NCBI GenBank assembly: GCA_010093605.1
Contig: MU004188.1
Span: forward strand, 375,673-439,672
Length of the DNA stretch: 64,000 nucleotides
Direction: 5' to 3'
From: Lophium mytilinum
Taxonomy: Eukaryota
Below the pieces are notes generated by a model that saw only the letters and a list, made by a program, of their open reading frames with translations, did not search any database and was not told the origin of the DNA. Each line of letters begins with the position of its first letter. Position 1 is the stretch's first letter. A program made the position numbers and the translations under genes. Positions 36,279 through 48,525 of this stretch are shown here, piece by piece.

Positions 36279-37594
36279 TCAGCCCGTAACATTGGATGCC
36301 CCCACCGTATCGAACTTGAGACCGGCGGGAACGTACGGCGCAGGGGTATATATACCACCCCCATCCTTCGTGGTTATATACGCAGCCAGCGCAAACCAAG
36401 ACCATGTATCTGCATTCTTCAGGACGCGATCATCCAGGGTTCCAATGGTATCAATCGGATTCTTCGCTGCCCACTTAACGGCTGAAGGCGTCAGCATCCA
36501 CTTCAGTCCATAGTCAGGGTAAGTGAATTGTTGGCGCGCGATGTCGCCAACGCCGTCCTGATCTGTTGGCCAGGTGCCGATGTTCTTTTTCATCAGGAGG
36601 GCGTTGATCCAGTGGCGAGCGCGGTTCTCGTAGTCTATGGTAGGAGGTTAGTTTCAGTCTGCAGGCTGGGTTCAGATGGGAAAACATACTCTCAATATTC
36701 CAATACTCGTGCGATAAACCACCTTCACTGATGGCCCCGGACAAAGTAGGGAGCCGGAACCAAGAGTCGCAAAACATGAGTCCGTCCTTGTCGTCGCCGT
36801 AGTTGTCCACAAGGTGCACATAGCCTGGTTGGGTAGTGCAATAAGCGCCTTCTGGCTGGCGCATCGAATTGTCGCCTTGTTCAATCGCTCATCAATGCCG
36901 GCGCCAGTGTGGATTGTGAAGAGAGAGGGCATACCGCAGAACACCTGGATTTGAGTCGACGAGGCCCACCAGCCGTTGCCGAAACTATACACATTACGGA
37001 GGGTGTTAGTTATTTTCCACCGGTTGCCTTGGAACTTGATCGGAGCGGGGAATCTGCGGTAGGTCAGCGAAGTTCCACCTCTAATGCAGTCGTATTCTAG
37101 GCAGCTGTTGTCACGTACCCAAAGTAGTCCACTGCAGCGGCTGAATTAAAGTCAGTTTCGAACACGGGATCACAGCCCTGATGTCGGTCAGCCTCTTAGA
37201 GCAGTCATGCAGCCTTGGTTGGAGAACGGAGACACCGGGCCTTCGATCGGCGGGTAAAGACAGTACCCACCATGATGAGATGCTTCTCTGCGGTTAAAAA
37301 ACGAGTTAGTATCAGAGTGGAATATTCAAGATGCGTGCGGATAACTGGTAACCTACCATTCAGGGCATCAAGAATAGCGCTCTGCTGGCCGCCGTCGCAA
37401 CTTTTATCAAACCCCAACTTGTACTGGATGGATACATTTCCAGTAGGCTGTGGGACTGGAGGGAGACCAGTAGTGTCAGCTACCCCGCTAGGAAGCGGAA
37501 CAGGTGAAAATGAAGGAGTAGTCAAGCCGGGACCTGATGTCAAAGTGTACGCGCTTGCCGTTGCGGCGATGCTAAGGGCGAGGAGGAGCTTCAT
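36279..37594 (-). CDS. Secreted zincin/M35-like metalloprotease homologue lacking HExxH (pseudoprotease); multi-exon
   Basis: Signal peptide MKLLLALSIAATASA. The spliced frame is intact: GFDKSC, AAVDYFG, IQVFC, LMFCDSWF, NYENRARHWINALLMKKNIG, NADTWSWFALAAYI. Confidence 0.75.
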
Positions 37595-38430
37595 CGTAAG
37601 GTTTGGGAGAGGTCACTACCTGGGACGGCGGATGAAGGTCTGAGGTGAAGCTGGTCTACTCCTATATCTTATGTTCCGAGCTCGGACTAGCTGAGTATAG
37701 ACCGAGGATAGGATTGGGGGCGGGAGGCGAACCTCTACAGCTGGTAAGAGAGTAGCAAGGTGTGCTGGTTCGACCACAGCCACAAGCACTTTATCCGCTA
37801 CGATGAGGCGCTCGAAGGAATCGCGCCCATATTGGCATCTTTTTCCTTGTTGGTGTACATGTCAGCCCCAGATTGCCATCTCTTTCCTCGTTGGTGTATA
37901 TGTCAGCGACGATGAAACTATTACGGCAAGCTTTCTGTTCGCTTCTCTTTCCTCGTTGTGTACAGGCTAGCGACGATGAAACCGCTACGACAAGCTTTTC
38001 ATTTGCGGATCCTCCCGCAGCCAAGCATATTCAAGCATTCTCCCCCAGACCAACGGCCCCCACGGCCCCTCCCGCCCCTACGTCTTCCCGATCCTTCGCG
38101 CCAAAATGAGACGACCATTTACAGACACGGCGAATCCGAGATCGTTTTTGATCCCAAGGTCCCTGTACCTTGCAGGTGTTACGCGTGTTGATCCCTCATG
38201 CCCCGAGCCGATTCTCCCAGCACTTTGGTAAATGTTTGGACCCGAGTAAGACCAACACGAGAGGCATTGGGGTCTGCAAAGGAATATTACCCTCTCAATC
38301 TCACTAGAGTGATCTGTCTGGGGCATATGTCATCTCCACAGCAATGAGCTCATGTGGCAGCTTCGTTCTTGCTTATAGATATCCCTAAAGAACACTCACC
38401 CATCTACGAAGCCATTGAAACTTCCAAAGA

Positions 38431-39884
38431 ATGGCTTTACTTCTACTCACACTCACTGCACTAGGTGTGATGAGCGTAGTGGGTGGCCAATCCGCCCCCA
38501 CTACGTTACTCACCTCTCAATCCATCTCAGCTCCAGATTCAACAGCTGTAGAGCCAACGGGTATCTCGACTGATACACCTCCGATTGCTACGGGCTCAGT
38601 AGTCCCCTTGGCCGCCCGACTGACGGGCTTCGATGGATGCACAGATCCTCAGTTTATCAGAGACGCCTTCACCGAGTTCGAGAGGATGGTCCCATTGGAA
38701 AGAAACTCGGCTGATAATGAGTATGTTTGTGAGATCATATCGAGATATATATCTAATTACCGCGCCACTTCAGTAACCCTGGGCTCGATCAATACGCGTG
38801 GAAGGATCCTACCTGGACCAGTGGTCCCTCCGTGGACTTCTTTGGCCCTATGAACAGATTCAGCGACTATAAAGATCAAGTGACAGGCAAGTGATTTCGC
38901 CTCAGCAGGACGAGTTGCTATCATACTCATCGTGATCAGCCAATATCGATAGACTTGCAAAATTTCGAACGGGATGGCTCACGACGTGGACGCTACGAGT
39001 CCGCTGTGACGATAAATTGAAACAGGTCAGAATTGGCTACCGTGATGACTCTACTCATCCCACTGATACTCCCATAGTGCCCAGAGAAGGAAGACCCGCC
39101 AGATGACCCATGCGACCCTCCCGGTGACGGGGATCCTACTCCCAAAAAGCCGACGAAGATAGCCTACGTGCGTATGCTCTGAGTCGGAAATTTCATGGGT
39201 CCATTCTAAATCGCAGACAGGTTGCAACGGTAGACCCGTATATAGATCACATGTTCTTCTGCCCGAGTTTCTTCCTTCGTCCTAAGCTCGACGACCGCAT
39301 TGCGACCACGGTCAACAACCTTGTTCAAGCCAATTGGCTTGACAACTATGCTAATCGAGGTATGATCATATAAACTTGTATAGTGCTAGCACTGACCCTT
39401 TGCTAGCGACTACGGTGGCTCATGAACTCCTCCACATCTCCTGGATTGGGAGCCCAATTGACAGCCCTGCAAGAAATCAGTTAATCGATATCTTCATGCC
39501 GGACGGCAACTGGAAAGCATACCGAACAGTAGATTGCAAGTATCTAGCCCATTCGGAAATTGAACCTGATGTGCAGCATGTCAATAAGTAAGTAGTGGGA
39601 CGCCTAGCATTACGAGTGTAGTCATTACTAATGCGTACTGTAGTGTCAACAACTACATGTGGTGGTTCCTTGCAAATTACATCATCCACAAATATGATTT
39701 CTATCCCGTACGTATAGCTCGTAGCCTGTCCGTGTAGTTCTCGAGATCACAGACTGACTACTCGGTATTCCAGTCGGGATCAACGTGGTTGACGACGCTT
39801 GACCCGCCACTATCTCCACCCAGCGTAGCGAATCTAGCAATAACGAATAGCACTGACGTAGAGATTGGCTGGGGTGACTGTTGA
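38431..39884 (+). CDS. Secreted HExxH zinc metalloprotease (zincin, M35/aspzincin-like); multi-exon
   Basis: Signal peptide MALLLLTLTALGVMSVVGG, then GFDGC, SVDFFG, LRVRCDD, MFFCPSFF, NYANRATTVAHELLHISWIG (HELLH at 39421-39435) and NVNNYMWWFLANYI. Confidence 0.8.
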
Positions 39885-40633
39885 GCAGGCGTAAGAGAGA
39901 GCTTGACGGAGGAAGCAGTTAAGGTAGTGTCTATGGTGAGAAGTAGGGTGATTGTAGTCTGCCGTCCAAATTTATAAGCCAAGCTACCGATAAAGGCTCC
40001 ATATATCCAGTGCAGAAGTCATTTTGGCGGCCCAAGGAGAGTGCTTCGAGAATTGGGCAAAGTCCAAATCGTCCACGTGTCGACCAGATACATGTTGCAC
40101 TCAAAATCATCTTGAGCTAGGCCTCCACTAACAAGTAATTGCGCCCATATGCAATTAGTATATTCCCATCCCACTATGGCATTATCAAAGTGTATTCTTC
40201 GAATATATTGACAGTCTAGCTGCACCACCAAAGGAGAAGCCTGGGACCCTGCCTTTGTTGAGCGAATACCGGCAGAGCAGAAACTGAGAGGGAGGATTAG
40301 CAATCATGCCAGCTTCATCGTTCATGAAGTGCCGCTCATTGGTCGGTGGGCGGAGAGTTCGTTACCTACTTCTATAACCTAATCTAAGGTGCCATGTCGA
40401 TCGCTTCTTGGGTTTGGAAGAGGGAATCAGACCATTCAAGATCCCGATTGAATAGTACTTTGGAAAGCCGAAGCACCTATGTCATTGCAGAAACCTTTCA
40501 TAAGAATCAGGAAGATGGACGAATAGTACTGATTCTGACCAATCACATGCCGACGTGCTGCCGCTAAAATCCCAAGCTCATTTCTACAACCGACCTCAGC
40601 CTTCACGACTTTCTTCGTATAGCCCACATCACA

Positions 40634-41700
40634 ATGTTGAAACCTTCATTCCTTCTAGCATTTCGATCGTTGGCCCTCGAAACACCGCGGCCATGTATCC
40701 GCTGCGCAATCCCTCCCCACCGCGGCGCCGCCCCACGCGTCGTACCCAACCTCCGACTTTTCTCCACACAACCACGACTCCAACGCCCCGAAGAGAGCTC
40801 CCAAGATGACGACGGCTTCGTCCCCCGCGCCCTCGGCCGCCCAATTGGCTTCCACGACCCTCCCCGCCCAGGCGAGAATACCGGCTACGACGGCCGCGGC
40901 TTCTGGCAGCGAAAAAAGGACTTTACAGATTACGACCGCCATGTCCGGAGGCGCAAGCAATTGTAAGCCTGCACATCCTTTTACAGCTCCTCTGCCATAA
41001 GCGTAGGATAGCGATGCTAACGATTGTTGCGTGTAGAGCCGCGAGGATATCCAAGCCCTACTTCCGCGACTTCACAATGACTAAATACCGCGAAGGTAAA
41101 TCCTTCCTCGCGAATCCCATGATCTTTAAGCGCTCCGCTGCGTTGTACTTCCCGAACTTGCACGGCAGAACCTTGGCGTCCTCGTCGCCGACTGATACGA
41201 CGCCGGTGCTGAAGGGGAAGGTGTCGATTGTCAGTGTATGGTCGAGCTTATGGGGGGAGAACCAGGTAAAGACGTTCACCGGTTTGGAGGAGAACCCTGA
41301 ACTGCAGGAGTTTCTGAGGAAGAATAAGGACCGGGCTCAGAGAGTGGAAGTGCACATTGAGGAGAATTATGCCAAGGCGTGGCTGGTGAGCCTGTTTCAA
41401 GGTCGGTTGAGGAAACAGAGGGCGGAAGAGGATTGGGGGAAGTACTTTATTGTGAAGAAGGGGATTAATGAGTCGATCCGGGAGACTATTGGGATATTGA
41501 ATGGGAGGGTGGGCTACGTGTATCTTCTAGACGAGGAGTGTAAGATCCGCTGGGCGGCGAGCGGGAATGCGGAGGAGGGAGAACCGGAAAGTATGATGAA
41601 GGGGCTTCAGAAGCTGGTGCATAGCGGTTCAGTGCTAGAAGGTGGCGCGTCAAAAGTGGATGGGAAGGTGAAATCCGCAGCTGCGACTGCTGCAGTATAG
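40634..41700 (+). CDS. ATP10: Mitochondrial ATPase complex assembly factor ATP10
   Basis: Presequence-like N-terminus, LGRPIG...PGENTG, KPYFRDF, ALYFPNLHGRTL, VGYVYLLDEECKIRWAASG. One intron at about 40963-41037. Confidence 0.92.
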
Positions 41701-41908
41701 ACAGACGCTACTGTAAACATGCCAATTTCGACTGGCTAATGTAAGAAGAAATGTAATTGTACAATTTGAACGATGCGCTTCGATAGTCGCGCATGTTCTC
41801 CACCATTCAAACTCCAGCATATATGATTGTCCATAAAGTATCCTCCAAACTCCACACCCAACGCCCACGACGCCATGCCAAATGTTTGCTCCTTTGTAGC
41901 AACCGAAA

Positions 41909-42696
41909 TCATCTGAACCACAGTAGCATCAGAAAACAGAATGCAATAAAGCTGCCCAATATGATCCCGTCCCTTCGCTTCTTCGCCCCTATCCGTCCAA
42001 TCAGGCTGTTGATGCCCGGCACCTGGCTCGCTGCGCCAACAATCCTCCGATTTATACTCGCGAGAGATTCCCTCTGGATCCCAAAGTTTTCATTCACGGC
42101 ATATGCCTGAGAAAGGACGCTGTCGGCCATGGAGTGGCTATTGTCGATTCGCCGCCGCTCGTCAAGCATGTACTCGGCCTCGGCTGAAGCAGGATTCGAG
42201 GACCGGTAGGCGTCGATGTCTGAGCGGACGTTGGAGAGTAGATTGGCCTTGTTGCGCGCATCCGCGATTGTCGACCGGAGACGGGCATATTCTCGGCGGT
42301 GGTCTTGCAGGACTTCTCGGTGGCGTGCGACGTGGGTCTGTTTCATAGCCGAAGAGGTAAGGGCGGATTCAGAGTCCAGTAGGCGGGAAAGTTGTGCTAT
42401 GAGGGCCTCGCGCTGGGAGGTGTGTGAGCACTGAAGATGGTTGATGTTGGGAGCTACAACCTACCTTTTCAAGGACCTCTTGCAGTTGTTTCTCGGTTCG
42501 TAGCTCCTCTTCCGACGGCTTCTGGGGTATGTGTGTCATCGAGGCATACTGCGAGTATGTATGGAAGAGCGTCTCGGTCTGAACTCCCTTGTCAGCATCT
42601 GGAATCTGTGATATCGATATAGGAAGCGCCCACCTGAGTCTCTAACGAGCGGGCCTGCTGCCGAAGCTGCGCCCACCCACCGCCGGTCGAAGACAT
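41909..42696 (-). CDS. GOS1: Golgi SNARE Gos1/GS28
   Basis: MSSTGGGWAQLRQQARSLETQ, RHREVLQDH, QVPGINSLIGRIGAKKRRDGIIL and a C-terminal transmembrane anchor; 2 introns. Confidence 0.93.
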
Positions 42697-42933
42697 GTCG
42701 ATTTGTTGCTGCGCGACCCGTGAGAGCCTGGAGTAAGTGGAGTGTTCAACGTCGCCAGTGACGACGCCTGCGGTTTGAGGAAAGCTGTGCACGGGCAACT
42801 TCCTCGGCTGCCGGCGCACGATTCTCCGCCTGCCAAGCCCACTTCAGAATTTCGAAACGAAGTTCGTCCTCAGCCATCGACGACGAACTCTTCGACAACT
42901 GCAATTCCACCCGCAGCCTCGACAACCGCCACG

Positions 42934-43681
42934 ATGGTCAGTATCGCTCTCTTGCTATTCTATGGGAACTCTTTCCTGTATGCGTACCCAGCGCTAGCTT
43001 CTCGATACTGCCACGACTCGCAAAATGAGGGATGTTCGGACAGCGCAAGCTCTACGACGCCTCATCACCGCAGCGCACACAGTCCAGAGTCTTCGAGGAG
43101 ACGGGACTCTCCAGAATATTAGCTGATTGCGTTGTGGTTTACAGAGTTCGACCAAAGTCAAGCCCGCCGCTCTCTGGAGCAAGAACAAGGAGGACCTCAA
43201 CCGTACGCTCCCCGATTTCTTCCTACAAGACCGCTACTAAACTGAACTACAGAACAGCTCATCGAGCTCAAGGGCGAGCTGATTAGCCTGCGAACTTCAA
43301 AGGTTTCCCCAGTATCTGCCCAGTACCCGATTTAGAGAACATCGAATATTGACAAGCGTCTAGGTCGCCGGTGGTGCCAGCAGCAAGCTCACCCGCATCC
43401 ATGATGTCCGCAAGGGCATCGCCCGCGTCCTGACCGTCATCAACGCCAAACAACGCGCACAACTCCGCATCTTCTACAAGGGCAAGAAGTACCTGCCATT
43501 GGACCTCCGCGTACGCATATACCAGCCCTCTCATTCGGACCTGTAACTCACAAATCACTAGCCTAAGGAAACCCGCGCACGGAGGCGAAGGCTCACAGCC
43601 CACGAGGCCGGCAAGGTCACCGAGAAGCAGAAGAAGAAGCAGACGCACTTCCCCCAGCGCAAATATGCCGTCAAGGCATAG
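42934..43681 (+). CDS. RPL35: 60S ribosomal protein L35 (uL29); 5 exons
   Basis: ATG|intron, then [62 protein letters not shown]...[24 protein letters not shown]...[11 protein letters not shown]. Confidence 0.95.
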
Positions 43682-44316
43682 GCGGTGTATCTTGTTCTCT
43701 TTCCTTCCTTCTCACGAGCATTACGTTGCGGGCTACTAGTATCGCTTCCCATGCGTCAGCGATGTACCCTAAAACACCAAAATCACGATCGAACGTCCGC
43801 CGGCCGACCAAAGGAATGGGGATGGTGGAGATATTGGGGCGAACAATGATTGGGGACGTGGAATGGAATCCGAGGATAGTGTTTCAGACCAAATACTGAA
43901 GCTCCATTCAAAACATAGAACTTACCCGCATGCTGATACGTTGAAGTGGCTTGTTGTATCGTTATCACTGACCTAGATGCGCGTAGGGTTCGATTCACGC
44001 TCGAGCAGTATACTACTAACAAGGCAGTCCAGCAGCACTTGCATAGCTACTAATCACAGATTACTCGATGTTTTCCACCGTTCCTCCAACACAAGAAACG
44101 CCTACACCAATTCCCTACAAGAGAGCAAAAGTGCAATGACGAATTGCACTCAATCAAATCACCACAAAAGTCTACCCACTATGTCAGAGCATGGAACGCC
44201 AAGAATAATCCCAAATAACCTCCCGCAGCATATCTTAACCTCTCCACACCAACATATCTTCAATGCCGCTTCTTTTACTTTCCTTCAACTCTCCACTACC
44301 AAGCTTCCTCCCCCAT

Positions 44317-45689
44317 CTACCCACTCAACAAATCCCTAACACTCATCCCCCGCGCACTCCAGCTCCTACGATCCGTGTTCAACATCAACAACGCCTCCGT
44401 CGCCTCCCGATCCTCACAATCGCGCTCGTCCGGCTGCGGCCCTAGCGCTGGCGACGTCAGACTAAACGTATCTCGGCCGCCCTGCCCCGGGCCGAACACA
44501 GACCCTGAAAATGGATTACGGAAGGCTGAGCCTGACTGCGCGCTGAAAGCCGGAGATGCCTGGATGGATGGCGAGGCCGCGGTAGATCTCAGCGAGGAAG
44601 TTAGAGAATACCGGTGCGGGTCCGAAGGTTGGAGGGCTGGGGAGGTGGTGACGGAGTAATGGCGGGCGCGAACATCGGAGGCGTGGAGGTCGGGCGACGC
44701 ATGCGCAGAGTAGACCGACGGGTTACGGTCTGAGGGATAGAGAGCGGGACAAGTAGTGTTGGACAGCGGTGGTGGGAAGAGCGTGACAGGCGCACGAATC
44801 TGAGTCGGCGAAATCGCATCAGACATCTCCTCATCCTCCTCCTCAACCTCCTCATCCATATCCTCGCCATCATCCATCGGCCGCCGGACCGGCGGCGTAG
44901 TCTGCGGCGACGCTGGCGCAGGAGACGGTCTGCGCGAGCGATGCGAGGCCTTGAGGTCGACGACGCATTGCTCTAGGTACCGCATATAATCAATGCTTGC
45001 CTATTAGCTTCCAGTCAGCCCCCATACCAATACCAATACCTAAACCCAAACCCATCATTACATCAAAAACAATCTCTCCCCAAACCAAAACTCACTTGCA
45101 AAATCGCCAACTTATGCATCTCCTGCCCCACACAGGCCGGGATCATATCCTTCAGCACCCCAAACTCCTCATTCATCTTCGACCGCCGCCGCCGCTCAAT
45201 CAGACTATGCGCCGTCTTGCGCGCTATCTTGCGCCCGGCCGCCGTCGGGGTGGGACCACCGCTCGCCTTCTTCTTCCCTGTAGTCGTCCCAGCTCCACCA
45301 CCACTGCTCCCACTTCCTCCACCCGCTCCCCCGCCTTTCGCTTCCCCCGGCGGCTTCATCTGGATGATCTTCCGGCTCCGTGTCGGCGGCGGCGGCAGCG
45401 CGTACGCCGCCGCTTTCGTCGCCCCCCCGCTGCTCCCAGGCGCAGGCCGCTTCCGCGGTACCGCTGTTTTGGAGGCCGCTGGCGACGTTGGCGATAGCGG
45501 GCGGTAGCTCGAGTCCGACGCCGCGCCCGAGCTGGCGCTGCTCGAGCTGGCGCGGCCGCTGCTCAGCGCGGCGGGGGGCAGGATGAAGCTCGCATCGAAG
45601 GCGGACGGGGTGGTCGCGGTGGTGTCGTGGGGCTTGGCGGCGATGTCGTTGGAGGGGGCGGGGGTTGGGGGGGCGAGGGGGCGTGGCAT
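44317..45689 (-). CDS. bHLH transcription factor (intron about 45001-45095)
   Basis: RKTAHSLIERRRRSKMNEEFGVLKDMIPAC...KLAILQ|ASIDYMRYLE basic helix-loop-helix domain. Confidence 0.92.
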
Positions 45690-46416
45690 TGCGGGTTTTT
45701 ATGGGTGGTTAAGGAGGGAGGGTGAGGGGGTGGTGGAGGGAGGTAGAGTTGGAGTTGGAGTTGGAGAGGGCCATGATATCTAGGTAGGTTTGGTTGCTGG
45801 ATGGATGGGAGATGTTTGGAGGCACGCGACCACGGGCAGGCGTTGCGGGTTTTGATTGGAGAGGTGGTGGGGGTGGGTGGAAAGGGTTTGGCGCGAACTG
45901 AACTCCCCCGCGCAAATGAGAAGCGAGGGATTGCGGCGTGTGCGGTTTTGCTGGCTGGAGTGTTATCGGGCGAAATCGATAATTGGATGATCTAGGGAGT
46001 AGTGCGAAAGTCTGATAGTGGTCTTGACTGGTTGTTGGAGGGAGAGCACGTGAGTATCCTTTGAGACTGAACCACTTTGCTGAATTATGATAATCGCCCT
46101 CGGTAAGCAATGCAGGTAGCAATTATAGTGAATTGTGTACAATGCCTCCTTCAATCAATATTCGGATGCTTTGGCCTGCCAGCACGGCGCTCCCGTAAAC
46201 GACGCGCCTACGAAAGGTAGGCACAAAAGGCACCAAAAGCGACTATCTGGAGATATTGAATGAAAAAACACGCCCCGCCTAAGATTAGGGGGACCGGAAA
46301 ATAAGCGACATTGTAACACTCCAACAGAAAACAGTTTCTAAGAAACTGAAGTTAGGGCCGGGACAAAGATGGAAGCTAGATCAAGAATGGAGTCCACTAA
46401 GCGCTGCCGTGAATAA

Positions 46417-46854
46417 TCAGAGCCGATTCTGCCGCTCAAACGAGATGGGGCCACTTATGATAAACATTGCCGCCTTGTTTTCCGACTGGTCCGAGTAGAG
46501 GACGCCGCGTTTGTCGTGCAGCAGGCCAACTATCGCGGGGTCCGAGATGACGATGAGGTTTGAGTTGGACACCTTGAGGCTGTATATTATGCCATATTTT
46601 TGGGCCCATTCTTCGTTGCCGTTCGCGTAGAGATTCGAATGGCGGAGAGTCGCTTGTGTAGAATACTCGAGGGCGATGCCGGTCTTGGGAATCAATTGCG
46701 CATTGCCTAAAATAGGGATAGTAGGACGTCCAGGGGGAAGGCCATGTTCTCTGCGACCGACGCGTAGCAACTTGAATCCATGATACAGCAGAGGCACCAG
46801 CAGAAGTGCGGCGACAGCGAAAGGGAGACTAAAGCCTGCCTGAGAAAGCAGCAC
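46417..46854 (-). pseudogene. Truncated cytochrome P450 N-terminal fragment
   Basis: Membrane anchor, LPPGRPTIPILGN proline-rich motif, EWAQKYGIIYSLKV...IVISDP...DKRGVLYSD. No downstream exons or heme-binding Cys motif before the bHLH promoter. Confidence 0.7.
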
Positions 46855-47085
46855 ATTAGCAGGCCTACGAATTCGGAAATCCGCCTTCTATCCTAAGGAG
46901 CACCTCAAATGAAACATAAGCAGTTCAGCTCCTTAAACGAGACATAAAGGTATTTATGTGTACATTGTGGTGTCCTACTCACTGTTATACCACCCTAATC
47001 TGCACACTGACCGGCGACAGATCGTCAGACATCGTCCAAATTCCAGCGGGAGGCCTCAAACCTGTCTCGAGTCCTAAATCAGGCC

Positions 47086-48220
47086 TCATAGAACACAGTC
47101 ATGGAAGACTTTCATGGTTAGATGCGGTCTGACCAAGTCAACTTCGAAAAGCTGATTGGATGTCAGGCATCGGAACTGCTGAAAGCCGTCTGATAGCTCT
47201 GATGGCCTTCTCACCCAACTTGTCCTTCTCCTCTTTAGCCTTATCGGTAAGTCTGTCTTCATTGGCACAGGCAAGGAACTATGAAGAGTTGTCAGCCGAT
47301 GTGCTGTCTGTTTATCTGTGAACGAGTAGAATTTGTGGTATCTTACTTTATCCGATTTCCACACGCTCAATATATCGCTAAGGCTATGGGGCTTTTTGAA
47401 GTCCTCGATATTGTTGAAATCCCTTGGAAGGTAACGCTCAAAAAGGTTCCACTCATCTTGATCGTCGACGCCGTCGCTTTCGATAGGAGCAAGCATTATG
47501 GAAAGGGTGAAGAACTCGTGGTCCGGCATGCCATTAATGGGTTTGAACTCATAGGACGCCGAGCCAGCTTTGCGATGGAGGTTATCTAAGTCGGGCTCGG
47601 TAGTAATTGGTACTTCATCCCTTCTGTCCATCAATTTCCTCATCGACCATTTCCATTCTAGAACGAGTCTTTCGGCTCCTCCGTCCAGGAAGTTGTTGCC
47701 ATCCAGGATAGATATACCACTCAGTCCTCTCACGCTCACGTAGTTCCTGGTGACTGGTATGATGCGGTCGAGGTACGCCGCTTGAGAAAAGTCTACCAGC
47801 TCCTCGAAACATCGCACATGGTAGAAATCTATAAGAGCAGTTAGTTCGCGGTGTAAGTTATCAGAAGCCATATGTCCTACCTGGATTTTTGTACAGGTTC
47901 ATGCCCGGCTTCACAGCAATTCTATAGGAACCTGCTTCAATATGGTCCTTGCAGGTGACGTGCTGACAAGCGGCTCCCCTGTTCGAGTATGGCGCGAGTT
48001 CGATAAAGAAGAGGACTGGGTTTCTTGGATGGCGCTCCTTCCCGGCAACGACACCTATGTGGTCGCGGAGATCGGATTTGGCCCAGTCGATTCGATCTTC
48101 GTTTGTCAGAGGGATGCGTTGGCGAGAGCGCTTCCTCTCCTCCTTTTGCTCATCATCCAACTCATCATCGGGAAGGACTCTTGGCCGCTTCCCTTTCCCT
48201 TTGGAGTTCGGACCCTCCAT
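47086..48220 (-). CDS. Uncharacterised protein with a PARP-type zinc-finger-like motif; start uncertain (could extend to about 48378)
   Basis: FIELAPYSNRGAACQHVTCKDHIEAGSYRIAV...[intron about 47830-47880]...DFYHVRCFEEL gives a C-x4-C...H-x2-C pattern like zf-PARP. Confidence 0.6.
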
Positions 48221-48525
48221 TTCAGTGATGTTGCTGAGGAATGAAACAAGATTCAAGGACGAGGTGAGGTTGAAAGAAGCTGAAGCGATGGATATAGACT
48301 AAGGTACTGCCCTTGCGGTTGCCTTGGCGGAGCTGCAACTGCCTCTTTTGGTGACGCCCTTCCCTGTCAGGTACCATTAATTACGACCACTTTGATAGCC
48401 AGTTTTTCAGATTCTCACAGTTCCAATTGTGCAGATGCGAGTGTGGTAGTCATCAAGCATCACCACACCAGAACATCATGAACTACCGCAGGATCAACCT
48501 TCTCGTGTCTTGTCATCTCAACGGC

